Positions 29,548 to 39,511 of a stretch of 64,000 bases of DNA are shown piece by piece. Made by a program: the position numbers and the translations under genes. Below the pieces are notes generated by a model. That model was not told where the DNA came from. It saw only the letters and a list, made by a program, of their open reading frames with translations, and searched no databases. The stretch comes from Myxococcota bacterium (GTDB lineage: Bacteria; Myxococcota_A; UBA9160; UBA4427): NCBI GenBank assembly GCA_965250285.1, contig OZ252299.1:5120001-5184000 (forward strand), written 5' to 3'. Each line of letters begins with the position of its first letter. Position 1 is the first letter of the stretch.

Positions 29548-30819
29548 ATGACGATCGCCGTCCTTCTCTTCATCATCGTGGCGTGTCTCGCCGGTTCGGC
29601 GTTCTTCTCGTCGAGTGAGACGGCCCTCTTCCGCATCCGCCAGCACGACCTCGAAGAGGACATGCAGGGCACCCAGGGCCCCGCCGCGGTCGCGGTGCGC
29701 GAGCTCGTCTCGTCGTCGTCGCGCCTGCTCGTCACGATTCTGCTCGGCAACAACGTCGTGAACATCCTCGGCGCGTCGGTGGCTTCAGCCCTCGCGGTCC
29801 AGACGTTCGGGCCGAAGATCGGCATACCGATCGCGACGCTCGTGATGACGCTGCTCGTGCTCTTCCTCTGCGAGATCCTCCCGAAGGCGGTGGCCGCGTC
29901 ACATCCCCGCGGCGTCTCGCTGCTCGTCGGGCTGCCGCTCTACGTGATCCACCAGATGCTGCGTCCGGTGCACAAGCTCTTCGACAAGGTGATCGATCCG
30001 ATCGTGCGACGCGCGACCGGTGGTGCTGCCTCGGAGGGTGGCATGTCGCCCGAGCAGGTACTGCGGCTCGCGCGCGAGGTGCGCGAGGACGACGAAGCCG
30101 GCTCGCCGCTCGCGATCATGGGCGCGACGAGCGAAGCGGCCGAGCTGCACGTGACCGACATCATGGTGCCTCGCACCGAGATCGAAGCCTTTCCGGTCTC
30201 GACCGAGCCCGCCGAGCTGCTCGAGTCGCTGCTGCAGAGCCGCTACACCCGCGTGCCGATCTACGACGACGACATCGACAACGTGCTCGGCATCGTGCAC
30301 CTCAAAGATCTGATCAAGTTCGTGAACGACGACGGCAAGGATCTGCAGGCGATCCTCAAGCCGATCATTCGTGTGCCCGAGCGCAAGCCGATCCTGCGGC
30401 TGTTGACCGACATGCAGCGTGGCTTCTGCCACGTGGCCGTCGTGAAGGACGAGTTCGGGGTCACCCAGGGTCTCGTGACTCAGGAGGACATCCTCGAAGA
30501 GATCGTCGGTGAGATTCGCGACGAGTTCGACAGCGAGGAGCTCTACACGATTCGCGAGCTGCGCGACGGCAGCTACGAGGTGCTCGGTCGCGTGTCGGTG
30601 CTCGACTTCAACCGCGAGAGCGGCTGGGCCGTGCCGGCCGAGCGCGGCGACACGATCGGCGGCCTCATCTTCAACACCCTCGAGCGTGCGCCGCGCAAGG
30701 GCGAGGTGATTCAGCTGCCCGGCTACGACCTCACCTGTGTGGACGTCTCGGGCAGTCGCATCGCGCGCGTGCGGATCGAAGAACGACCCGACGCCGGCGA
30801 GCACCGCGACGTCGCCTGA
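29548..30819 (+). CDS. CNNM/HlyC-CorC family transporter (DUF21-CBS-CBS-CorC)
   Basis: SAFFSSSETAL, TILLGNN, EILPK, IMVPR, YTRVPIY, DEFG and EDILEEIVGEIRDE. Confidence 0.93.
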   Translation: MTIAVLLFIIVACLAGSAFFSSSETALFRIRQHDLEEDMQGTQGPAAVAVRELVSSSSRLLVTILLGNNVVNILGASVASALAVQTFGPKIGIPIATLVMTLLVLFLCEILPKAVAASHPRGVSLLVGLPLYVIHQMLRPVHKLFDKVIDPIVRRATGGAASEGGMSPEQVLRLAREVREDDEAGSPLAIMGATSEAAELHVTDIMVPRTEIEAFPVSTEPAELLESLLQSRYTRVPIYDDDIDNVLGIVHLKDLIKFVNDDGKDLQAILKPIIRVPERKPILRLLTDMQRGFCHVAVVKDEFGVTQGLVTQEDILEEIVGEIRDEFDSEELYTIRELRDGSYEVLGRVSVLDFNRESGWAVPAERGDTIGGLIFNTLERAPRKGEVIQLPGYDLTCVDVSGSRIARVRIEERPDAGEHRDVA

Positions 30820-30833
30820 ACAGGTTCGCCTCA

Positions 30834-32060
30834 TTGCCCCCTCGCGGTCGACCCAAGCGTGGCGCGCCGCCGCGCCGCGCCTCTGATCAGCCGCCGACGA
30901 CATGCACGCTCAAGATCGATCGATTCGCCGCCGGCGGCGACGCGGTCGCGGTCCGGGACGATGGCAAGACCGTGTTCGTTGCCGACGCCGTCCCCGGCGA
31001 CGTGGTCCGCGTCACCGTCGTCGAGGAGCGAAAGCGCTTCGCGAAGGCCCGCGTCGAGGCGGTCATCGAACCGAGCCCCGACCGCGTCGAGCCCGCGTGC
31101 CGACACTTCGGTCGCTGCGGCGGATGCACGTGGCAACACGTGCGCTACCCGAAACAGGTCGATGCGAAGGCCCGCATCCTGCGCGATGCGCTCGAGCGCA
31201 TCGGCGGCTTTCGCCTCGATGCCGACCCGCCGATGACCGCGTCGCCGGAGCCGCTGCACTACCGCGGTCGCGCGCGGGTTCGGGTCGATCGCGAACGGGT
31301 CGGTTTTCTCGAACGATCGTCGCATCGGCTCTGCGCGGTCGAGATGTGCCCGGTGCTGGCGCCCGAGCTCGAACAGGCCGTGCTCGGTCTCGGCCGGGCC
31401 GACGTCGCCGACGGGGAGTGGTCGCTCACGGTCGGCGTGAACGGCGAGGTCTCTTCGCTATCCGAGGCGACGCGCGAAGATGAGGCAAAGCGACCGGCGC
31501 CGGTCGAGCTCGAGGTGCAGGGTCGCCGCGTCGCGCTCGACGCCCGCGCGTTCAGTCAGGCCAATCGCTTGTTGCATGCGACGCTCGTCGAGCGCGTGCT
31601 CGATGTCGCGTTGGGAGACGCGGGCGACACCAGCGGGTGGCGCGTGCTCGAAGTGCATGCGGGCGTGGGCTTCTTCACGGGTGCGCTCGCGGATCGAGTC
31701 GGTCGCGTCGTCGCGGTCGAAGCCGATCCGCACGCCGCGTCGTGGCTCGCGCAGAACGTCGCCACCCGGGTCGACGTCATCGCCAGCTCGTTCGAAGCGG
31801 CGGCGTCGCGACTCGGCGATCACGCGTTCGATGCGGTCGTCCTCGATCCGCCGCGTGCCGGGCTCGCGCCGGCCGAACTCGCGACGCTGCGCGATCTCGG
31901 CGCGCCGCGCATCGCGTATCTGTCGTGTGATCCAGCGACGCTTGCGCGCGATGCGCGTGGCCTCGCCGACGCCGGCTACCGGCTCGAGCAGGCCGAGGGC
32001 TTCGACCTGTTTCCGCAGACCCATCACGTGGAAGGGCTCGTGCGGCTCGCGCGCGCATGA
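30834..32060 (+). CDS. rlmD: TRAM-domain RNA m5U methyltransferase (RlmD/TrmA family); start uncertain
   Basis: TRAM domain, C..FGRCGGC.WQH, FSQAN, LDPPRAG, YLSCDP and FDLFPQTHHVE. Confidence 0.82.
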   Translation: MPPRGRPKRGAPPRRASDQPPTTCTLKIDRFAAGGDAVAVRDDGKTVFVADAVPGDVVRVTVVEERKRFAKARVEAVIEPSPDRVEPACRHFGRCGGCTWQHVRYPKQVDAKARILRDALERIGGFRLDADPPMTASPEPLHYRGRARVRVDRERVGFLERSSHRLCAVEMCPVLAPELEQAVLGLGRADVADGEWSLTVGVNGEVSSLSEATREDEAKRPAPVELEVQGRRVALDARAFSQANRLLHATLVERVLDVALGDAGDTSGWRVLEVHAGVGFFTGALADRVGRVVAVEADPHAASWLAQNVATRVDVIASSFEAAASRLGDHAFDAVVLDPPRAGLAPAELATLRDLGAPRIAYLSCDPATLARDARGLADAGYRLEQAEGFDLFPQTHHVEGLVRLARA

Positions 32061-32088
32061 GTCGGTGCCGACCTGTGCTCGTGTGGAC

Positions 32089-32730
32089 TCAGGGCTCGAT
32101 CAAGCCGTGGCGCAGCGCATAGCGGACCAGCTCGGTGGCCTTCCGCACGCCGAGCTTGCGCATCAGGCTGGTGCGATGGGCCTCGACGGTCTTCGTGCTG
32201 ATCTCGAGCTCGACCGCGATCTCCTTTGCTGACAGACCATCAGCAATGAGATGAAGCACCTCTCGCTCGCGCCCCGAGAGCAGGCTGAACGGCTCGGCGT
32301 CGGCCTTCTGCGGGGTGCGCAGCTGCTCGACGATCTCTTTCGCGACGACGGGGCTGAAGTAGCTGCCACCGTTCATCACCTCTCGAACGGCCGTTACGAT
32401 TTCATCGGCCCGTCCGTTCTTCAGGACGTAGCCATCGGCCCCGAGTGAGATCGCGCTCTGAATGAACGGGGGGTCGCTGTGCACCGACAGCAAGATCGCC
32501 TTGACCGTCGGGTACTTGGAGCGAAGCCGCTCGAGGGTCTCGAGACCACCGAGCTTCGGCATGGTGATATCCAGGACGACGGTGTCGGGCTGGTGCTTCT
32601 CGACCTGCTCGAGCACCTCGCGTCCATCACTCGCCTCGCCGACGACCTGCAGGTCGGGCTCCGACTCGAGGAGGCGCCGAAGGCCTTCCCGAACGATGCC
32701 GTGATCGTCTGCAACGAGGACTGTCACCAT
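32089..32730 (-). CDS. NarL/LuxR family response regulator
   Basis: VADDH, LDITMP, K in YVLK, and HTH LSGREREVL...KTVEAHR. No kinase nearby. Confidence 0.93.
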   Translation of the reverse strand: MVTVLVADDHGIVREGLRRLLESEPDLQVVGEASDGREVLEQVEKHQPDTVVLDITMPKLGGLETLERLRSKYPTVKAILLSVHSDPPFIQSAISLGADGYVLKNGRADEIVTAVREVMNGGSYFSPVVAKEIVEQLRTPQKADAEPFSLLSGREREVLHLIADGLSAKEIAVELEISTKTVEAHRTSLMRKLGVRKATELVRYALRHGLIEP

Positions 32731-33209
32731 GACTTCAGGAGGCTACCGCTCGCCCGAACTCGGGGCAATCGAGTAGGGATGCCTGGGGAAAGCCCGCCCC
32801 CTGATCTGGGGGCTCCACGTGACCGCGTGCGCACGTTCGACCCGACGCAGCCTGATGAATTCGCTCGGTCGGCGCGAGCACGCCGTCGCCCGCGGGCAAC
32901 GCAGTGCGACATCGGCCGGGCCGGGGCGCCGCCCTCCCCGACGGATGACACCGGGCGTGTCGCCCGGTACGCTCGGCGATGGATCCGGGGCTTCGCCCCA
33001 TCGCCCTTCGACCGTCGCCACGGAAGCGATCGTGCAGCGAACCCCGCCGTGCAGCTCCCAGGCCGAAAGCGCTCGAGCCGCCGTGACGCACCGCGCGTGC
33101 GACGCGATTCGCGCTGGATCCCACCGTGCCACCCCCCCGCGCTCACTCCGTTCGCGTCGCCCCGCGCCTCCGGGCGCGTGGTCCCTTCAACGTTCCAGGG
33201 GAGAACCCG

Positions 33210-33917
33210 ATGTCGGCTGAAATCGCGACCCGTTCGTCTCGCAGCGCACGCAGATCGAGGCGAAGCGCCCGAGGGTCGTCGACCGCGCGCACCGAGAAGG
33301 AGCGCCCAGCAGGCCGGTTCGTCCTCTACGTCGAAGGGCCCCGCGACCGCGATCTCCTGCGGATCTGGGCGCGGCGCGTCTCGCACGGGCTCGCCAAGTC
33401 GCTCGAGAGCTGCGTGGTGATCATGGGGGGGCGCCAGCCCGCCCGCGCCGCCGAGCATTTCGCCCGGGTGCATGGCGATCGCGAGGACGCCACCGGCCTG
33501 ATCGTGCTCGACCGCGACCATCATGACCCCGACGGCGATGACGCACTGCTCGAGCCGCTCGAGCTCTTCACCTGGCCACGCCGCCACATCGAGAGCTACG
33601 TGCTCGTGCCGGCCGCGATCCGCCGGGCGGCGGGGTGCGCGCCGGCCGACGTCCGCGTCGACCGGGTGCTGGCCGAACACCTGTCGGGCGGCGCGGACCG
33701 GGACGCCTACGTCGACGTCGATGCGAAGCGGCTGCTGGCGGCGAAGGGCCCGATCGCGCGCGCGCTCGGGCAGCCCGTCTCGACGGCCGACATCGCCCGC
33801 TGCATGCGAATCGACGAGTTGCACGGCGACGTGATGGACGTGCTCGACCGCGTCGCGTCGGCGCTCGGGCAGCGCGGCTCCGAGCCCGAGATCGTCGTGC
33901 GTTCGCGCACCCCGTAG
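33210..33917 (+). CDS. Hypothetical protein with OLD-type TOPRIM-like motifs
   Basis: LYVEGPRD (conserved Glu), LDRD (DxD) and RRHIESY. Confidence 0.6.
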   Translation: MSAEIATRSSRSARRSRRSARGSSTARTEKERPAGRFVLYVEGPRDRDLLRIWARRVSHGLAKSLESCVVIMGGRQPARAAEHFARVHGDREDATGLIVLDRDHHDPDGDDALLEPLELFTWPRRHIESYVLVPAAIRRAAGCAPADVRVDRVLAEHLSGGADRDAYVDVDAKRLLAAKGPIARALGQPVSTADIARCMRIDELHGDVMDVLDRVASALGQRGSEPEIVVRSRTP

Positions 33918-33965
33918 TCGGGGCGGATCGCGCGTCTCGCTCGCTCGCGACACTCGGTCTCGGGT

Positions 33966-34943
33966 CTAGGGGTCGATCGCGTCGTGCACCAGGGGGCGCG
34001 GCATCTCTTCGCCGCGCTGCCGAGCTTCGCGCATCGCCCGCACCAGCTGGAATGCCCGCGGCATGAAGATCACGCCGATCAGCACATGCATCGCCATGAA
34101 GATCACGTTGGTCCACAGCGCATAGGCGTACAGCGCCGCCGGGTCGCCGTACTCGCTGAACAGATTCGCCCACGCGATCTCGCGCGTGCCGAAGTTCGCG
34201 AACGACGGAATCATCAAGGCGACATACAGCACGGGGATGCGGGCGATCAGCGCGACCCAGTCGATGTCGATCCCGAACACGCGTGAGGCGATGCCCTGCA
34301 CGGCCACGTCGAAGATGCCGAAGAGCACGAAGTAGCCGATGTAGGGCCACCAGTCGCGCAGCTTCACTCGGCCCACCAACGCCTCGAGGCCGATCGGCGC
34401 GAGCAGGCGCTGCAGCGCGCCGCGCTTCGATGCCCACAGAGCCAGGCCAAGTGCACCCCACGAAACGATGACGATGAACGTGACGTCGGGGTTGCCGGCC
34501 ACGCCACCCGGCAAGAGGGGCAACGCGATCGTCGCCTGCACGACCAACACCACGAAGTGCGCGATGAACGGGATGAACACGACGGCCACGACCAGCGCCA
34601 GCGGTCGTCCCGTCAGCTGCCAGGTGCCAAAGAAGAACGCGGCATCCGAGAGCGAGTTGTTGATCGAACGAATCAGCTCGGATGCGCCCTTCACCGCCAT
34701 GATCTGACCGACGGGCGCCTGGGCGAGGTACTGCCGGATCACGCGCGCCTGCAGCAGACCCCAGACGAGAAAGAACACGAGCTTGTCGGCGACCACGATC
34801 GCGATGAAGAGCGGAAGGTTCGCCTGCTCGGTGGCCTCGGGGATCTTCTCCCACTCGATCGCGACACCGAACACGTAGTAGAGGGCGGCCCCCGAGATGA
34901 CCCACGGCAGGAGGGTCTGTATGAGCTTCTTCATCGGGGGCAT
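33966..34943 (-). CDS. Lysylphosphatidylglycerol synthase TM/flippase-like membrane protein
   Basis: Multi-TM protein with IPS.ANFGTRE, resembling the P.G.G.RE motif of the family. Confidence 0.65.
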   Translation of the reverse strand: MPPMKKLIQTLLPWVISGAALYYVFGVAIEWEKIPEATEQANLPLFIAIVVADKLVFFLVWGLLQARVIRQYLAQAPVGQIMAVKGASELIRSINNSLSDAAFFFGTWQLTGRPLALVVAVVFIPFIAHFVVLVVQATIALPLLPGGVAGNPDVTFIVIVSWGALGLALWASKRGALQRLLAPIGLEALVGRVKLRDWWPYIGYFVLFGIFDVAVQGIASRVFGIDIDWVALIARIPVLYVALMIPSFANFGTREIAWANLFSEYGDPAALYAYALWTNVIFMAMHVLIGVIFMPRAFQLVRAMREARQRGEEMPRPLVHDAIDP

Positions 34944-35068
34944 GCGGCCGCCGAAGATAACCCCGCCGCCCACTCGGGGGAACGTGCCTCGGCCGGGTTG
35001 TCTCGGACCGCCGCCATGGCTGGGCGAAGAGCGACTGCGCCGCTCCCGGCACTGCTAGGCTGCTCGCC

Positions 35069-35863
35069 ATGCGGGTGCTGGCGCTCGACTTCGATGGCGT
35101 GATCTCGGACAGCGCGGCCGAGGCGTTCCTCGTCAGTCTGAACACGATTCAGGCCCTCGAACCCGTCGAGGTCTGGCGCGAGCTTGCGGCGCGGGTGGGC
35201 TCGATGTCGCGTGTCGAGATTCTGGCCGACCCCATCTATCGGCGGTTTCTCGAGGGCATGCCGCTGGGCAACCGGGCCGAGGATTTCGGCGTCGTGCTGC
35301 GCACGATCGACGCGGGCGAGCTGCTCGAGGATCAGGCCGCCTACGACCGGGCCTGGCAGGCGGCCGGCGCCGAGTTCCGCGACGCCTTCCACGCGCGCTT
35401 CTACACCGAGCGCGCCGCTCTGCGTGCGCGGTCGCCCGAGCGCTGGCTGTCGCTGATGGGGCCGTACCACCCATTCCTCGACGTGCTTCACGATCGGGCC
35501 GGCGACGTGACGCTCGCGATCGCCACGGCCAAGGACCGCACCTCGGTCGACCTCCTGCTCGCCGAGTACGGCGTCGCGGGGCTCTTCGAGCCCGAGCTGA
35601 TCCTCGACAAGGAGGCCGGGCCCGACAAACGCGCCCACGTCGGAGCGCTCGCCGAGCGGTTGGGTCTCCCATTCGAAGCCATCACCTTCGTCGATGACAA
35701 GGTGAATCACCTCGACACGGTGAGCCGGCTCGGCGCGCGCTGCGCGCTGGCCGGCTGGGGCTACAACGGCGAGCGCGAGCGGGCGCTGGCCGAGTCGCGC
35801 GGCTACGACGTGCTCGATCTCGAGCGGGTCGCGTCGCAGCTCTTCGAAGCGCGCTCGGCCTGA
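35069..35863 (+). CDS. HAD family hydrolase
   Basis: Motif I DFDGVISDS, TAK, FVDD and GWGYN. Confidence 0.88.
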   Translation: MRVLALDFDGVISDSAAEAFLVSLNTIQALEPVEVWRELAARVGSMSRVEILADPIYRRFLEGMPLGNRAEDFGVVLRTIDAGELLEDQAAYDRAWQAAGAEFRDAFHARFYTERAALRARSPERWLSLMGPYHPFLDVLHDRAGDVTLAIATAKDRTSVDLLLAEYGVAGLFEPELILDKEAGPDKRAHVGALAERLGLPFEAITFVDDKVNHLDTVSRLGARCALAGWGYNGERERALAESRGYDVLDLERVASQLFEARSA

Positions 35864-36084
35864 AGCGTACCCGCGGGCCGCGCCCGGGCTGCATTCAGCG
35901 AGAATCGCCCCGCCTGCGGCGGGTCGGCCCGGCGGGTCGTCCCGATTTGAGTCGCTGGGCCTTTCGGCCTACTCTCGGACCGTTCCCCCCATCACGCCCT
36001 GGGCGCGCACGATCGCCCGGCCGGACGTCCACGCGCCGATTGGCGCGCGGGCGGGTCTGCGCAGGGGCGACCGTGAGGTCTGCG

Positions 36085-36642
36085 GTGGATTCCGAGCTGC
36101 GGATGCATGCCGAGCGCACGCCCAACCCCAACAGCATCAAGTGGGTGATGAATCGTTCGCTCGCGACCGAGCACGGCGGCGTGCACTTCGACGCGGCCGT
36201 GGCCGACGACGTCTCGCCGCTCGCAGCCGGGCTCTTCGGCGTCGACGCGGTCGAAGGCGTATTCCTCGGCCCCGACTTCGTCACGGTCAGCAAGCAGCCC
36301 GAAGCGGAGTGGACCGATCTGGCGCCGCCGATCGTCGCCGCGCTCAAGGCCTGGGCCGCGACGGGCGCTTCGGCGCTCGGCCCCGGCTGGAAGCCCCCCG
36401 AGCGGGCCGAAGACGACGAGGTCGTCACCCGCATTCGAGAGATCCTCGACAAGGAAGTGCAGCCGTATGTCGAGCGCGACGGCGGTGAGGTCGTCTTCAT
36501 CGGCTTTTCGGACGGCGAGGTGCGCGTGAGCCTGCGCGGCGCTTGTGCCGGCTGCCCGAGCTCGACCATCACGTTGAAGCTCGCGATCGAAGGGCGCCTG
36601 AAAGAGGCGATCCCCGAGGTCGAGTCGGTGGTCTCCGTCTAG
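36085..36642 (+). CDS. Nfu/NifU family Fe-S cluster carrier (NifU-N plus NifU-C)
   Basis: TPNPNSIK, DFVTVSK, DGG and GACAGCPSS. Confidence 0.92.
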   Translation: MDSELRMHAERTPNPNSIKWVMNRSLATEHGGVHFDAAVADDVSPLAAGLFGVDAVEGVFLGPDFVTVSKQPEAEWTDLAPPIVAALKAWAATGASALGPGWKPPERAEDDEVVTRIREILDKEVQPYVERDGGEVVFIGFSDGEVRVSLRGACAGCPSSTITLKLAIEGRLKEAIPEVESVVSV

Positions 36643-36836
36643 TCGCTCGTCGAGAGGTCGAGACGAGAGGTCGAGAGAAGAGGCGGGTTCGGGCCGGATC
36701 GAGGGCCATCGTTCGAGATCAGGGTCGTGCGCTGCGATGGGTGCGCCGACCGACGGGAGCAGGAGCGGGCGTGTCGTTCGGGGGGATCCAGAAGCGCCGT
36801 CGACCGGGACGGAATCGTCGTCGATCGCGACGCCGC

Positions 36837-38261
36837 ATGAGCGTGCGCGGGCGGCTGACGCTCGCCGCGCTTGCGCTCGTCGCGGCGGGGCTGCTCGGCT
36901 TCGGTGCGGCGCGGTGGATGGCGGGCCCCTTCACGGCGCCGTCGCTCGGCGAGTCCGGGCACGCGGCTCAGCCGGCGTCGGGAGCCGATTCGCTTCCGGC
37001 CGTATCGCTCGGGATGCCCGCCCGCCCCTCCCCCGAGGCGCCCCCCGCGCTGCTCGCCCGCCTGCCGGTCGATCGCGCGAGCTATGGCTCGACCCTCGTG
37101 CCCGCCGCCGACCGCGATCCCGCGACCCCGCCGCGCTTCTTCGAGCTGGTCGAGGCCGACGACGTCGCCGCCAACGTCGCGGCGCCGGTGCGTGTCGAGT
37201 ACACGTTCGACGCCGCCCTCACCGAAGACGTGATTCGCGTACTGCGCCGGGCCCGCGCCCAGCGCGGTCACGTGATCGTCCTCGACCCGCGATCGGGGCG
37301 CGTGCTCGCGTACGTGTCGACCGATGCCGAGGCGTTTCCGCCGACGCGGCCGTATCCCGCGGCGAGCCTGGTGAAGGTCGTCACGGCGGCGGCTGCGCTC
37401 GACCTGTCCCCCGAGCGCGCGCGCGAGCCCTGCCTGTACCGCGGCAACCCCTACCGACTCTCGCGGTCGCGCGTGCGCCGGCCGAGCCATGGCCACTCGT
37501 CGTCGCTCGAGCGCGCCCTCGCGCTGTCGAACAACCAGTGCTTCGCGCAGCTGACGGTCGAGGCCGTCGGTGAAGATGCGCTGCTCGACGCCATCGATCG
37601 CTTCGGCTGGACGAGCGAGCCCGCCCCTGGCCATCAGCCCGGGGTCGTGCATCGTGGTGAAGGCGACTACGACCTCGGGCGACTGGGCTGCGGTCTCGCG
37701 GGCTGCCGCATCACGCCCATGCACGCAGGGCAGCTCGCGGGGATCCTCGCCCACGGTCTCAAGGTCGAGCCGTGGTGGATCGATCGCGTCGTCGACGGGC
37801 AAGGTCGCGCCCTCACCCTGCCTCCTCCGGCTGCGCCCAAACGCGTCATGAGTGACGAGATCGCGCGAGAGCTGCGCGAAATGCTCGTGCTCACGACGAC
37901 ACGCGGGACCGCCAAGAGCGCGTTCCGCGATCGGCGGGGTCGCTCGAAGCTCGGCTCGGTGAGTGTCGCGGGCAAGACGGGCAACCTCTCCGGGAGTGAC
38001 CCCAAGGGTCGCTACGAGTGGTTCATGGGCGTCGCGCCCGCCGAGTCGCCGACGATTGCGATCGCGGTTCTGCAAGCCCAGGGCCATCTGTGGTGGGCGA
38101 AGTCGTCGGAGATCGCTGCGGATGTGCTCGAAGACGTCTTCTGCGAGCGCGGACAGTGTGCGGCCGAGCTCGCCGATCGCTTCACCGGCGATCTGCACGG
38201 TGCGGCGACGCCGGTGTTTCTCTCTGAAGCGATGCGCGAAGAGACGACGCACACGAACTGA
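36837..38261 (+). CDS. Penicillin-binding protein (transpeptidase domain only)
   Basis: N-terminal TM anchor, SxxK (SLVK), SxN (SNN) and KTG. Confidence 0.88.
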   Translation: MSVRGRLTLAALALVAAGLLGFGAARWMAGPFTAPSLGESGHAAQPASGADSLPAVSLGMPARPSPEAPPALLARLPVDRASYGSTLVPAADRDPATPPRFFELVEADDVAANVAAPVRVEYTFDAALTEDVIRVLRRARAQRGHVIVLDPRSGRVLAYVSTDAEAFPPTRPYPAASLVKVVTAAAALDLSPERAREPCLYRGNPYRLSRSRVRRPSHGHSSSLERALALSNNQCFAQLTVEAVGEDALLDAIDRFGWTSEPAPGHQPGVVHRGEGDYDLGRLGCGLAGCRITPMHAGQLAGILAHGLKVEPWWIDRVVDGQGRALTLPPPAAPKRVMSDEIARELREMLVLTTTRGTAKSAFRDRRGRSKLGSVSVAGKTGNLSGSDPKGRYEWFMGVAPAESPTIAIAVLQAQGHLWWAKSSEIAADVLEDVFCERGQCAAELADRFTGDLHGAATPVFLSEAMREETTHTN

Positions 38262-38564
38262 GCGCCGCTCATCGATCGAACGCCCGATTCGTCGTTCGAG
38301 CGGTGTGCTTCGGTCCGGCGGGGTGAACCCCGGCGAAGCCCACGTGGGTCGTCGCGCGCCACGTCGCTTCGCGAAGGACGCCCCTCGTTTCGACTGGTGC
38401 GAAACACCTCACTCGGTGAATCACGGACACACGAACGTGTGGGTGTGTCGCCGCGGCTCGCCTATGCCATCATCTCGCTTGGAGCGAACGTCTCAAGACG
38501 TGTGTTCCGAACCCGTGTCGAGCGCGCCTTCGGGCGACTCGTCTCGCGAGAGGAGGAGGGGGCC

Positions 38565-38792
38565 TTGAGCGAACGCGCAACGAGCATTGGCTTGTCCGAA
38601 CCATCGACGGCTTCGATCTCGACGATCGCCGGATCGAATCGCCCCGGAGCGGCGGGCCACCGGTTCGGCCCCGACCTCAGCTGCATCGAATGCGGCAAGA
38701 CCTGGGATATGCACCAGATCGAGCCGACCGTCTGTACGCCGGCGCCCGAGCACGCTGCGGGCTACACGACGCGACTCGACGATTCGCGCTAG
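38565..38792 (+). CDS. Small hypothetical protein with H/CxxC/H/C motif
   Basis: Strong SD AGGAGGAGG (38551-59) before TTG 38565. Sequence HRF...CIECG...H.....C. Confidence 0.55.
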   Translation: MSERATSIGLSEPSTASISTIAGSNRPGAAGHRFGPDLSCIECGKTWDMHQIEPTVCTPAPEHAAGYTTRLDDSR

Positions 38793-38996
38793 CGATTCGA
38801 CCCTGACGCAACATGCGACACCGATCCGTGTCGCTCGATGAGTGACGACGGACGACGGACGTGGGTCGTGCGACGGGGAGACCGTTGCGCGTGTGCCCAG
38901 AGCGCAGGCGCACGGCACCGTCTCGCACTGCAGGCTTCCTGCGTGCGAATCGAAACGCGATGCGGTTGGACGAGTGCGTCGAAGCGGAGTGCGTGC

Positions 38997-39371
38997 CTAG
39001 CCGCTGATGATCTTGTTATCGGGCGGCATCTGGTTCGCGACCACGATGCGGTTCTGTTCCTGGCGCTGCATCTCGCGCGCCTGCTCGATCATCTGCTCGA
39101 CCGCTTCGTTCACGGCCGAGGGAAACTTCTCGAGCGCAGCTTCGATGCTCGTGGCTTCGATGTTCGCCTGCACCGGGAGCGGGCCGCGCGCCGACATCAA
39201 CGTCGTTTCGGCGACGAACTTGACCGGGCGATCGGGGTCATCGCTGCCGTCGACCTTGATCGGCGTGAGGCGCCGGATCGAGGCGACCTTGAGATCCGTG
39301 AAGATCTCCTCGCGGTAGAGGTTGTCCTTGTCGACCTTCAGATCTGCGAGGGCCTGCTGCGGGTCGCTCAC
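38997..39371 (-). CDS. Hypothetical protein
   Basis: 124-aa ORF with AGGAG SD and coding-like codon use (NLYREEIFTD...IRRLTP...GPLP). Confidence 0.75.
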   Translation of the reverse strand: MSDPQQALADLKVDKDNLYREEIFTDLKVASIRRLTPIKVDGSDDPDRPVKFVAETTLMSARGPLPVQANIEATSIEAALEKFPSAVNEAVEQMIEQAREMQRQEQNRIVVANQMPPDNKIISG

Positions 39372-39511
39372 GGTGGATCTCCTGAACGGGGTGGGGGACG
39401 CGAATCGCCCATGTTCGCAGGTTCGGGTGTGTTTTCAAATCGGGCCGGATCGCCACGTGCGGGATCTGCGTCGACGCCACGGCGCCGATCCGCGAGCCCT
39501 CGGGGGCCGAA

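Noticed and set aside
32731..33917. Anti-phage defence island around the TOPRIM-like gene
   Set aside because: The neighbours are housekeeping genes, with no ATPase, helicase or mobility genes and no evident compositional shift.
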